From the IMG/VR virus record IMGVR_UViG_3300025528_000027, positions 1 to 32,072 of that record: DNA of 32,072 bases; one strand, written 5' to 3'. Source of the stretch: a virus. Lineage: Duplodnaviria; Caudoviricetes. Position 1 is the stretch's first letter, and each line of letters starts with the position of its first letter. The notes under the pieces were generated by a model. That model made no database searches. It was not told the origin of the DNA and saw only the letters and a list, made by a program, of their open reading frames with translations. Positions 1 to 7,565 of this stretch are shown here, one piece after another. Made by a program: the position numbers and the translations under genes.

Positions 1-53
1 ATCAGGCCGCGCTGGGCGGCCAGTTCCAGAATGCGCTGGTGCGAACTGTGCAT
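1..53 (-). CDS. 5' fragment of a probable AbiEi-like (type IV toxin-antitoxin) antitoxin/transcription regulator; runs off the window
   Basis: The minus strand from the ATG at 53 reads MHSSHQRILELAAQRGL(I), resembling the N-terminal winged-HTH start of AbiEi-type antitoxins. A promoter and inverted repeat lie just upstream. Only 17 full codons are visible. Confidence 0.45.
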   Translation of the reverse strand, partial: MHSSHQRILELAAQRGL

Positions 54-59
54 GCCGCC

Positions 60-99
60 ATGATGTTGCGATATGTCGGTAGATGTCAATAACTACCGA
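60..99 (-). promoter_or_regulatory. Leftward sigma70-like promoter with an overlapping inverted-repeat operator
   Basis: Minus-strand TTGACA (84-89), 18-bp spacer and CATCAT (60-65), ending about 7 nt before the ATG at 53 (leaderless-like). The inverted repeat TCGGTAG (76-82)/CTACCGA (93-99) straddles the -35 box. Confidence 0.5.
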
Positions 100-107
100 T
101 GATCTTC

Positions 108-176
108 ACCCGCACGCCTAACGCCGGGGTCATGGCCGGCGGACAGCCTGAAGCTCCCAGGTTGGCGGATGCGGGT
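108..176 (+). ncRNA. Putative multi-stem RNA structure upstream of the replication gene
   Basis: Outer stem ACCCGCA (108-114)/TGCGGGT (170-176) encloses the hairpins GCCGG/CCGGC (123-140) and CAGCCTG/CAGGTTG (144-164). Confidence 0.3.
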
Positions 177-201
177 TCCTGGAGTTGCAGAGGGTTGAAC
201 A

Positions 202-1038
202 GTGCGTGATTACGGGAAGGTGCACACCACATTCTGGTCTAGCACCACGATCCGAGGGCTGAGTGAGGACGCCAGGGTGCTAGCGCTGTACCTGTTGACC
301 AGCCCTCATGGGACGATTGCTGGCGTGTTTCGGCTGCCAGATGGGTACGCCTGCGAGGACTTGCAGTGGTCTCCCGAAAGGGTTCGCGAAGGGTTCCGGG
401 AACTGTTCGCTAACGGTTTCGCTAACCGTTGCGAAACCACGAAATGGGTGTGGATCGTCAAGCATTTCGACTGGAACCCGCCGGAGAACCCAAACCAGCG
501 GAAGGCGGCGGCCAAAATTGCCCGGACGATCCCTGACGAATGCGTCTGGAAGCCTGATTTTATGCGGGTTTACGGCGATTCCCTCGGGATCGAATGGAAC
601 CAGGACGCAAACCGTTCCGAAACCGTTCCGAAACCGTTCGCTAACCAGAAACAGGAACAGGAACAGGAACAGGAACAGGATAAGAGAAGCGCGCGCAAAT
701 CCGCGCGCACTCCCTCCGTCCAGTTTTCGACATGGGTTAGTTCTCTGACGGAGGGCGAGGACGCGATCCCTCCCGATGACCCGGTTTTCCGTTTCGCAGC
801 CGATGCGGGGATCCCGGATGACATGCTGGCGCTGGCCTGGTCGTGGTTTGAGCGGACGTACACCGGGAGCCGGAAGACGAAGCGGTACTCCGACTGGCGG
901 CAGGTGTTCCGCAACGCGGTGCAGGGCAACTGGGGTAAGCTGTGGCGGTTCACGGCTGACGGTCAGTGCGTGCTGACGTCCGAGGGCGAGATGCTCCGGC
1001 GAGCGCTGGAGGCCAAGGCGCGGAGGGCCGCGGCATGA
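202..1038 (+). CDS. Phage replication initiation protein (O-like/replisome organizer)
   Basis: 278 aa. N-terminus MRDYGKV..FW..LYLLTSPH is typical of phage initiators. Has an internal QEQEQE linker and iteron-like repeats, and is directly followed by DnaB. Confidence 0.8.
   Translation: MRDYGKVHTTFWSSTTIRGLSEDARVLALYLLTSPHGTIAGVFRLPDGYACEDLQWSPERVREGFRELFANGFANRCETTKWVWIVKHFDWNPPENPNQRKAAAKIARTIPDECVWKPDFMRVYGDSLGIEWNQDANRSETVPKPFANQKQEQEQEQEQDKRSARKSARTPSVQFSTWVSSLTEGEDAIPPDDPVFRFAADAGIPDDMLALAWSWFERTYTGSRKTKRYSDWRQVFRNAVQGNWGKLWRFTADGQCVLTSEGEMLRRALEAKARRAAA
378..679 (+). repeat. Iteron-like repeats (probable phage ori) within the initiator gene
   Basis: AASNGTT heptamers at 378, 389, 401, 412, 424 and at 610, 621, 632 (11-12 bp period), followed by AACAGG x5 (650-679). 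Confidence 0.65.
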
Positions 1039-2483
1039 GCGCAATTGACACTCGCGCCGAGGTCGAGCGCATGGCGGCGCTGTACGGCCACGATGAGGCC
1101 GAGCCGGTCCGCGTCCCGCCGCAGTCCGTGCAGGCCGAGCAGGCGGTGTTGGGCGGCCTGCTACTGGTGCCGGAGGCGTGGCCGGTGGTATGCGACCTGC
1201 TGGCGGAGGGGGATTTCTACCGCCGCGACCACCAGCTGATCTGGCGGGCGGTGGAAGCGCTGGCGACGGCGGGGCGTCCGTTCGACGCGGTAACGGTGGG
1301 CGAGTGGTTCGAGTCGCAGGGGCTGTCGGAGCACGTGGCGGGGGGCGCCTACTTGATCGAGCTGGCGACCACCACACCGTCGGCGGCGAACATCCGCGCT
1401 TACGCCGAGATCGTGGCGGACAAAGCCCGGCTTCGCAGGTTGATCGAGATCGCCACGGAAACGGCGAACGCGGCGTTCGATCCGCAGGGCCGGATGAGCG
1501 ACGATTTGCTCAACGAGGCCACGCGTCGGCTGTCCGAATTGCAGCCAGCGCAGGCGGGCGGGTTGCGTCGTGTCGCCGACGGGCTGTCGCCGTGGTTTGA
1601 TCGGTTTTCGTCGCTGTACGAGAGCGGCGACCGGATGACCGGGCTGCCGACGCAGTGGGCTGGCGTCAACGAGGTTACGCATGGGCTACAGCCGGCGACG
1701 CTGTATCTGATCGCAGCGCGCCCGAGCATGGGCAAATCGGTCTGGGGGTTGAACCTGGCGACGTTCCTAGCGATGCGCGGGAAGGCGGTCGGGTTTTTCT
1801 CGCTGGAGATGTCGATGTCGGATTGCATCGCGCGCGCGGTGTCGTCTCTGACGGACGTTCCTCACGATTGGATCATTGCACCGAACGCGGAAGACGACGA
1901 TGGCTATACGTCGCGGCTGACGCCGGCCATCGCGGATCTCAAGCGGGCCCCGCTGTACATCGATGACACGCCGTCGCTGACGGTCCGGCAGTTCGAGGCC
2001 AGGGCGCGGAGGATGCACGCTAAGCAGCCGCTGGACTGCCTGATCGTGGACCACATTCACGATTTCAAGATCGACCCGAAGCTGGCTCGGTTTGAGTTCG
2101 GCGAGATCGTGCAGCGCGGGAAGACGCTGGCGAAAGAGTGGGGCATCCCGGTTGTGATGCTGGCGCAGTTGAACCGAAACGTTGCGGGCAGGACGGACAG
2201 GCGGCCGACGCTGGCGGACCTGCGCGAGTCTGGCGAGCTGGAGCAGAAGGGCGACGTGATCGCGTTCTTGCATCGTGAGGACTACTACGACGACACAACG
2301 CATCTGCGCGGCGTTGTCGAGCTGCACTTTGCCAAGGGGCGGAACATCCGCGCGGGCGCGCGGGTGCACCTGCGCAATCGATTCGACGTGATGCGCCTGG
2401 ATGATTGGGAGGGGCCGCTTCCGCAAGCGCCCGAGCCAGTCTCAGAGCGGAGGCCGCGCGGGTTCCGTGCGGGGTTCGCATGA
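1035..2483 (+). CDS. dnaB: Replicative DNA helicase, DnaB family
   Basis: PPQSVQAEQAVLGGLL N-domain, Walker A AARPSMGKS, SLEM, IVDHIH, AQLNR, DLRESGELEQ. ATG at 1035 overlaps the upstream stop (ATGA). Confidence 0.95.
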   Translation: MSAIDTRAEVERMAALYGHDEAEPVRVPPQSVQAEQAVLGGLLLVPEAWPVVCDLLAEGDFYRRDHQLIWRAVEALATAGRPFDAVTVGEWFESQGLSEHVAGGAYLIELATTTPSAANIRAYAEIVADKARLRRLIEIATETANAAFDPQGRMSDDLLNEATRRLSELQPAQAGGLRRVADGLSPWFDRFSSLYESGDRMTGLPTQWAGVNEVTHGLQPATLYLIAARPSMGKSVWGLNLATFLAMRGKAVGFFSLEMSMSDCIARAVSSLTDVPHDWIIAPNAEDDDGYTSRLTPAIADLKRAPLYIDDTPSLTVRQFEARARRMHAKQPLDCLIVDHIHDFKIDPKLARFEFGEIVQRGKTLAKEWGIPVVMLAQLNRNVAGRTDRRPTLADLRESGELEQKGDVIAFLHREDYYDDTTHLRGVVELHFAKGRNIRAGARVHLRNRFDVMRLDDWEGPLPQAPEPVSERRPRGFRAGFA

Positions 2484-2668
2484 TCGCCCGCTGCCACCTT
2501 CGCGCACTGGAGCAGGCGGCGAGACTGCCCCGCGATGCGGAGAAATTCCGGGAGCTGCTGGAGTCGTTCCCGGCGGTGTGCCCGCACAACGATTGCAGCG
2601 CGCCGAGCTGCCGGGTTGCGGTTGCGGACCTTTTGCGGCAGGCTTGGATTCAGAAGGGGAGGAAGTAA
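2480..2668 (+). CDS. Hypothetical protein (62 aa, Cys-containing)
   Basis: ATGA overlap with the dnaB stop and TAATG overlap with the next gene. Confidence 0.6.
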   Translation: MIARCHLRALEQAARLPRDAEKFRELLESFPAVCPHNDCSAPSCRVAVADLLRQAWIQKGRK

Positions 2669-3279
2669 TGCGAGTGGAAGTGATCGGAAATGCCACGCTG
2701 TATCTGGGCGACTGCCGCGACATTCTGCCCACGCTTCCGAAGGTGGATGCGGTGATTACGGACCCGCCGTATGGGATATCCGCCAACAAGATGACGCTCG
2801 GCAAAGGGAAGAAGGGCTTCTATCGAGGCGGCGCATGGGATGAAGAGCGGCCGGATATCGCCTGGATACCTGGCTGCGCGCGCTGGTTCTGCGTGTGGGG
2901 TGGTAACTACTTCGCCGACGTGTTGCCACCCACCAACGACATCCTTGTCTGGCACAAGCTGAACGACGGCCGCTCGTTTTCAGAGTGTGAGTTCGCATGG
3001 ACAAACGCAGGGAAGCAGGCCCGCATCCGTCAGCACCATTGGTCTGGCGAGGAAAAGAGCCACCCGACTCAGAAGCCATTGGCGGTCATGGAGTGGTCCC
3101 TCGGTTTCTTCCCCGAGGCGCAGTCCGTTCTTGACCCATTTATGGGCAGCGGCACCACGGGGGTTGCCTGCATGAACCTTGGCCGCCAGTTCATCGGCAT
3201 CGAGATCGAACCCAAGTACTTCGACATCGCCTGCCGTCGCATCGAGGACGCACAGCGTCAGGGGAGGTTGATCGAATGA
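2668..3279 (+). CDS. DNA N6-adenine/N4-cytosine methyltransferase (beta class)
   Basis: LYLGDC, DAVITDPPYG (motif IV), HPTQKP, VLDPFMGSGTTG (motif I). RBS GGAGG before the ATG at 2668. Confidence 0.92.
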   Translation: MRVEVIGNATLYLGDCRDILPTLPKVDAVITDPPYGISANKMTLGKGKKGFYRGGAWDEERPDIAWIPGCARWFCVWGGNYFADVLPPTNDILVWHKLNDGRSFSECEFAWTNAGKQARIRQHHWSGEEKSHPTQKPLAVMEWSLGFFPEAQSVLDPFMGSGTTGVACMNLGRQFIGIEIEPKYFDIACRRIEDAQRQGRLIE

Positions 3280-3653
3280 CTGAGCCCTGGCAGGAAATGC
3301 TGAGCGACGAACAGCGCCGGCTGTTCAACGCGGCGTGCGGCGACCTGTCGCGTTGCATGACGTGGCACGGGTTCCGGCTGAGCAAAGACGATTGGAGGCA
3401 CTTCATCTCCGGCACGATTCTGGGCTGGCGGCTGCTGCCGGGGATCGACCGGGGCGAGGGCGCGCCGGGCTTCGTGATGCTGGGCGGGTCGAGCCTCGAC
3501 TTGACGAAGGCCCAATGCACGGAGGCGATCACGCTGGCGTTTGCGATCGGCGACCAGCCTTGGGAATACGACCCGACGCAGACGAAGCCTGTGCGCTGGA
3601 GCGACGTAGTGCTGTTGGCGCGCGGAATCAATCCGCGAGAGGAGGCCGCATGA
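3276..3653 (+). CDS. ninB: NinB-family recombination protein
   Basis: Pattern GDLSR..WHG.RLS.DDWRHF..PGIDRG..FVMLGGSS.DLTK, located in the nin region. Confidence 0.75.
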   Translation: MTEPWQEMLSDEQRRLFNAACGDLSRCMTWHGFRLSKDDWRHFISGTILGWRLLPGIDRGEGAPGFVMLGGSSLDLTKAQCTEAITLAFAIGDQPWEYDPTQTKPVRWSDVVLLARGINPREEAA

Positions 3654-3916
3654 GAACGAAAAACGCCAAGGCAATCACCCGCGCCGAGGCTGCCCACATG
3701 GCGCGTGTGAAGGAATCGGGCTGTGCGGTGTGCGGTGCGGGCGGGATCGTGGAGGCACACCACATCAAACAGGGCCGGCACTTCACGACGATCGGTTTGT
3801 GCCCGGACTGTCATCGGGGGCCGATGGGGATTCACGGCGACCGGACCATGTGGAAGATTCACAAGATGGACGAGATCGACGCGCTGAATGAGACGTTGAG
3901 GAGGGTGCTGGGATGA
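3650..3916 (+). CDS. Ref-like/HNH-type small nuclease
   Basis: 88 aa with CAVC..EAHH..LCPDCH..GIHG. ATGA-coupled start at 3650. Confidence 0.7.
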   Translation: MRTKNAKAITRAEAAHMARVKESGCAVCGAGGIVEAHHIKQGRHFTTIGLCPDCHRGPMGIHGDRTMWKIHKMDEIDALNETLRRVLG

Positions 3917-4185
3917 AGCAATGCACGCGCTGCGGACAGAGCAAGCCGCTCGACATGTTCAGTCCGTACAAGAATTCGAAGGACGGCCGGCACTCGCACT
4001 GCAAAGCGTGCCGTAGCGAGTACGCGAACGCCCGCAAGAAGCGGGATCGGAAATTCCCGAACCGGGTGAAGGCCCCGAACCGTGACGAGATTTGGCCCAG
4101 GCCGCTGACTGAGCAGCTGCTGGACCTGAAGGCGCGCAACTGGCGCTATCCCGTGAGCGCGGGGCAACTGGTGTGGAGGATCTGA
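3913..4185 (+). CDS. Zinc-finger protein
   Basis: KQCTRC..KPLDMF..KDG..HCKAC, the C4 finger often seen N-terminal to phage endonucleases. No nuclease domain follows. Confidence 0.65.
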   Translation: MKQCTRCGQSKPLDMFSPYKNSKDGRHSHCKACRSEYANARKKRDRKFPNRVKAPNRDEIWPRPLTEQLLDLKARNWRYPVSAGQLVWRI

Positions 4186-4517
4186 TGGGGGGTACATACT
4201 CGCGCGACAATGGCAAGCGTGGCAAGCTGAGGCGGTGGACGGTGCCGGAGATCCGGTCTCTTGGCGGCGGATGCGCTTTGCAGGTGGCGGCCCGGCTCGG
4301 GCGCAGTCCGCGCGCTGTTCAGGACAAGGCGCGATCCATCGGCGTTGAGCCTCCCAGGATGCCGCACGCCTGCTACTGGCCTAAGGCTACGAAGGCTCGG
4401 GCGCTGGCGATGCGGTCAGAGGGGCGCTCGCTGGCGAGTATCAGCAGGGCGACGGGGGTGCCGGTGGGGACTTTGCGGCATTGGGTTTACGGTGAACGTA
4501 ACAGGGGGAGGTCATGA
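4185..4517 (+). CDS. HTH DNA-binding protein
   Basis: Two HTH-like segments (VAARLGRSPRAVQDKA; SLASISRATGVPVGTLRHWV). TGATG-coupled start. Confidence 0.65.
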   Translation: MGGTYSRDNGKRGKLRRWTVPEIRSLGGGCALQVAARLGRSPRAVQDKARSIGVEPPRMPHACYWPKATKARALAMRSEGRSLASISRATGVPVGTLRHWVYGERNRGRS

Positions 4518-4924
4518 GCGGGGCGTACTCTCGCAACAAGGGGGCGCGTGCCGAGCGCGAGCTGTGCGGACTGCTCCGCGAGTATCTCGGGGTCGAGGCT
4601 ACGCGGAACCTGAAGCAGTACCAGAAGGCGCAGCACGGAGACGTGGAGCAGCTCATCGGGCCGTATCTGCTGGAGATCAAGAACCAGGCGAGGCTTTCGC
4701 TTGGCGCATGGTGGGATCAGGCGAGGCGTGCGGCGGGTGCGCGTGGTGACTGCCTGCCGTGCGTGGCGTACCGGCTGCCGAATCGCGGGCTGTATGACCG
4801 CTGGCGGTTCGTGGTGCCGGACGAGCGGAATCCTCGCCACGAGTGGGAACTGGATTACAGGTACACGGCGGACCTTGGTCTGGAGGCGTTCGCTGTGCGG
4901 GTGCGGGAACATATCGGGGGCTGA
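4514..4924 (+). CDS. Holliday junction resolvase-like PD-(D/E)xK nuclease
   Basis: SRNKGARAERE N-terminus, GD..LEIK catalytic motif, WWDQA. Confidence 0.75.
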   Translation: MSGAYSRNKGARAERELCGLLREYLGVEATRNLKQYQKAQHGDVEQLIGPYLLEIKNQARLSLGAWWDQARRAAGARGDCLPCVAYRLPNRGLYDRWRFVVPDERNPRHEWELDYRYTADLGLEAFAVRVREHIGG

Positions 4925-4925
4925 C

Positions 4926-5216
4926 ATGGCTTTCACTGAGCAGACCGTCAAAGAGATCGTGCGCAATGCGGAGTGTGACGGCGCCCCCCCGTCCATTGCG
5001 ATGCGGCTGGAGGCTGACCTGTTCGAGGTGCTACACGCCCACCGCAGGCGTATGGATCGCATCAACCGGCACAATGAGGTGCTTGGCATCGTGGCGAAAG
5101 CGCACTACAACGTGACCCGTGCTGCGGAGATGCTCGGTGTGTCGCGCGAGGCGATCTACAAGCACCTGAGAAAGTCAACCGAAGTGCATAGCGGAGTTGA
5201 CACAGAAGACGCTTAG
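4926..5216 (+). CDS. Fis-type HTH protein (NinH-like/transcription regulator)
   Basis: C-terminal NVTRAAEMLGVSREAIYKHL is a Fis/HTH_8-like motif. Confidence 0.65.
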   Translation: MAFTEQTVKEIVRNAECDGAPPSIAMRLEADLFEVLHAHRRRMDRINRHNEVLGIVAKAHYNVTRAAEMLGVSREAIYKHLRKSTEVHSGVDTEDA

Positions 5217-5248
5217 ATGGGAGCAACGTAGAACCGCGAGGACGCGGA

Positions 5249-5704
5249 ATGCTTCCCACCGATAGCGACGAGCGCAAGACCTACCCGCTGTACTCAGGAC
5301 TCTTCGCCTATTTCCCGGCTGCGCTGGCGGCAATCGCCCATCACAGCTACGTCAACAACGAGAAGCACAACCCCGGCGAGCCGCTTCACTGGAACCGCGC
5401 AAAGTCCGCCGACGAGGCGGACGCACTGCTGCGGCACCTGATGGAAGGGGACTACGTGGGCATGGCGTGGCGAGCGCTGGCCCTGCTCCAGAAGCACCTG
5501 GAGGCCGAGGGCGCGCCGCTGGCACCGGGCGCGGTGGCACCTGAGCGCACCGTCGAGTTTGAGGCCGATCCGGTGTTGCAGGAGCTGCTCGCGCGTGCGG
5601 ACGAGGATGCGCCGGTGGAACATCTGAAGGCCGGTGAAGCGTACCTGTCGGACTTCGGCGCGAACCCGCCGCTGAGCGAGCCTGCGACGGAAGCGGAGGA
5701 TTGA
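5249..5704 (+). CDS. dATP/dGTP diphosphohydrolase-like protein (DUF5664-like)
   Basis: YFPAALAAIA..S...NEKHNPGEPLHW.R.KS.D..DALLRHL..AWRALALLQ, recognised from memory as this phage family. Confidence 0.6.
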   Translation: MLPTDSDERKTYPLYSGLFAYFPAALAAIAHHSYVNNEKHNPGEPLHWNRAKSADEADALLRHLMEGDYVGMAWRALALLQKHLEAEGAPLAPGAVAPERTVEFEADPVLQELLARADEDAPVEHLKAGEAYLSDFGANPPLSEPATEAED

Positions 5705-5708
5705 GCGC

Positions 5709-6446
5709 GTGCGCATCCTGATACTCGATTTGGAAACCAAGCCAGCCATCGTCTATTCGTGGGGGATGTTCAATCAGTCGTTCAGTCCATCGCAGGTCAT
5801 CGACTGGGGCGGCGTCCTTTGCTTCGCGGCCAAGTGGCATGGCGAGGATGAAACCAAGTTCTGGGCGGAATGGAAGGGGCGCGAGCGCATGATCAAGGCG
5901 GCGCACCGGCTGTTGGATCAGGCGGACGCGGTGGTGGGCTGGAACAGCGCGCGATTCGACACCAGGTGGCTGCACGCGGAGTTCGTGCGCATGGGCCTGT
6001 CCCGCCCGAGCCCCTACGTCAACGTGGACCTGATGCGCATCCAGAAGCGCGACACGTTCATGCTGTCGAACAAGCTGGAGTCCCGCCGGCTGTGGCTGGG
6101 CAAGGGGGGCAAGCTGGACACGGGCGGGTTCGGTCTGTGGAGGGCGGTGCTGGCAGGTGACCGGGAGGCGCGCCGGAAGATGGAGGAATACAACCGGCAG
6201 GATGTGGAGATTACGGCCGAGGAGTTTGACCGGATGCGGTCTGGCGGCTGGATTCGCGGCCTGCCCAACTTCGCTATTGACGGCGGCCACGTCTGCCCGT
6301 CCTGCGGCAGCGACCGGCTCCAGTCGCGCGGGTTCCAATACACAAAGACGCGGCGGTATCGCCGGTTCCAGTGCCGCGATTGCAGCTCGTGGAGTCAGGC
6401 GGTGCATTGCGAACCAGGATCTGCTAGCGTGAAGGCGGTGGTATGA
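5709..6446 (+). CDS. RNase H-like (DEDD) 3'-5' exonuclease with C-terminal zinc ribbon
   Basis: ILDLET (ExoI), GWNSARFD (ExoII), YNRQDV (ExoIII), CPSCGS..CRDC. Confidence 0.85.
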   Translation: MRILILDLETKPAIVYSWGMFNQSFSPSQVIDWGGVLCFAAKWHGEDETKFWAEWKGRERMIKAAHRLLDQADAVVGWNSARFDTRWLHAEFVRMGLSRPSPYVNVDLMRIQKRDTFMLSNKLESRRLWLGKGGKLDTGGFGLWRAVLAGDREARRKMEEYNRQDVEITAEEFDRMRSGGWIRGLPNFAIDGGHVCPSCGSDRLQSRGFQYTKTRRYRRFQCRDCSSWSQAVHCEPGSASVKAVV

Positions 6447-6901
6447 GCGACCTGTATTCCACTGATCCGCCCCACCCCTGCGAACGCCTCGCCAGGATTG
6501 AGGGGGAATCGAACTTCCTTAGCCTGCTGGTAGGGATCGAGGCTGGGCGGGACACGACTGAGGACATGGCGGCCCTGTCCTATGCCCGAAATCGGGGCGT
6601 CGTAGTTGAGGCATTGGAGGCTCGGTGGTCGGGGAGTGTCCGGCACCGTGTCGCCCTGTGCCATCTGGTGCTCGGGACCATGCAGGTAGCCGAAAAGGAC
6701 AAGGCGTGGGTCAGGGCGGCGATTCTGGACGGCTACGCCCTGTTCGTCGGCAAAGAGGTCAAGGACAGCGAGACGGCCGCCAAGATGTTCAAGGTCCGGA
6801 AGGGGGACTATCTGGCGGTCCGGAAGTACGCCGAGCGGTTCCTGCTGGCGCTGGCGATGGATGCAGAGCGGCCGTGGATTCGCGCGAGGTTCGGGAACTG
6901 A
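6443..6901 (+). CDS. Putative late-gene regulator (antiterminator Q position)
   Basis: 152 aa with a C-terminal HTH-like segment (SETAAKMFKVRKGDY). Last gene before a -10 box, terminator and lysis cassette. Function is inferred from position. Confidence 0.45.
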   Translation: MSDLYSTDPPHPCERLARIEGESNFLSLLVGIEAGRDTTEDMAALSYARNRGVVVEALEARWSGSVRHRVALCHLVLGTMQVAEKDKAWVRAAILDGYALFVGKEVKDSETAAKMFKVRKGDYLAVRKYAERFLLALAMDAERPWIRARFGN

Positions 6902-6918
6902 GAACGCCGGCTAAAAGC

Positions 6919-6924
6919 TATACT
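6919..6924 (+). promoter_or_regulatory. -10 element of a putative late promoter (pR'-like)
   Basis: TATACT in an AT-rich patch just after the Q-like gene and 20 bp before a terminator. No convincing -35. Confidence 0.4.
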
Positions 6925-6943
6925 TAGATTGAATGAAGGAATC

Positions 6944-6971
6944 AGGGCCGCCATGTGCGGCCCTTTTGTTT
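6944..6971 (+). terminator. Intrinsic terminator (tR'-like)
   Basis: AGGGCCGC-CATGT-GCGGCCCT stem-loop followed by TTTGTTT. Confidence 0.8.
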
Positions 6972-6988
6972 GCCCGGCGCTGCTGGGC

Positions 6989-7025
6989 GGCCGGCAAAAG
7001 TCCGATTGGGACGCCGGCCTTATTT
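6989..7025 (+). terminator. Second hairpin/possible terminator
   Basis: GGCCGGC-(AAAA bulge)-GTCC-GATTG-GGAC-GCCGGCC followed by TTATTT. Confidence 0.4.
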
Positions 7026-7037
7026 GCGGAGCGCCCC

Positions 7038-7274
7038 ATGACCGAGCCTGACGACGACGATATCGAGTGGGTCCCGGGCGAAGCGGTGTACCTGCCGGAG
7101 GACACCTGTTGGGTGGCGGACCCCGATTTCCTGCTGCCGGACAGTGGAGTCGAGGGCGTTCTAGCGATGCAGTACCGTGGGGGTGACCTGTTCTACCTGG
7201 ACGGGGCCACGCGGAAATGGGTCAACGTCGAGGCCGAGGAAAAGCCGACGCGGCGATTGAAGCCGGTCAACTAG
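7038..7274 (+). CDS. Hypothetical acidic protein (78 aa)
   Basis: GGAG RBS before the ATG at 7038. First ORF of the late transcript. Confidence 0.65.
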   Translation: MTEPDDDDIEWVPGEAVYLPEDTCWVADPDFLLPDSGVEGVLAMQYRGGDLFYLDGATRKWVNVEAEEKPTRRLKPVN

Positions 7275-7313
7275 CGGCCTGCTGAGCCGTAACCGGCAGT
7301 CATTTCAGGGGGA

Positions 7314-7565
7314 ATGCATGTGCTAAGGGACATCGACGCGGTCGGCGTGGCGGCCGGCAAGGTCGGGACGTATGGAGGCGGGGCGAGCGCATTTGTGTTC
7401 GGGCTGACGGCAAACGAGTTCGCCGCTCTGGGCGGCATCGTCGTGGGCGTGCTCGGCCTGCTGGTGCAGTGGTACTTCAACCGTAGGCGTGACCGTCGCG
7501 AGCATGAGGAGTTCATCGCTCGCATGAGGCAGTATCGTGAGCGCGCCCAGGAATCTGAGCGGTAA
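7314..7565 (+). CDS. Holin (HP1-like, possible pinholin)
   Basis: Small protein with a hydrophobic segment (FAALGGIVVGVLGLLVQWYF) and a charged C-terminus, immediately upstream of the endolysin. Confidence 0.8.
   Translation: MHVLRDIDAVGVAAGKVGTYGGGASAFVFGLTANEFAALGGIVVGVLGLLVQWYFNRRRDRREHEEFIARMRQYRERAQESER

Noticed and set aside
650-679. (AACAGG)5 as a phase-variable microsatellite
   Set aside because: The hexamer unit keeps the frame and encodes the QE linker common in phage initiators.
2668-3916. MTase plus nearby nuclease as a restriction-modification system
   Set aside because: The neighbours are NinB and a small Ref/HNH-like protein typical of nin regions. No restriction endonuclease is recognisable.
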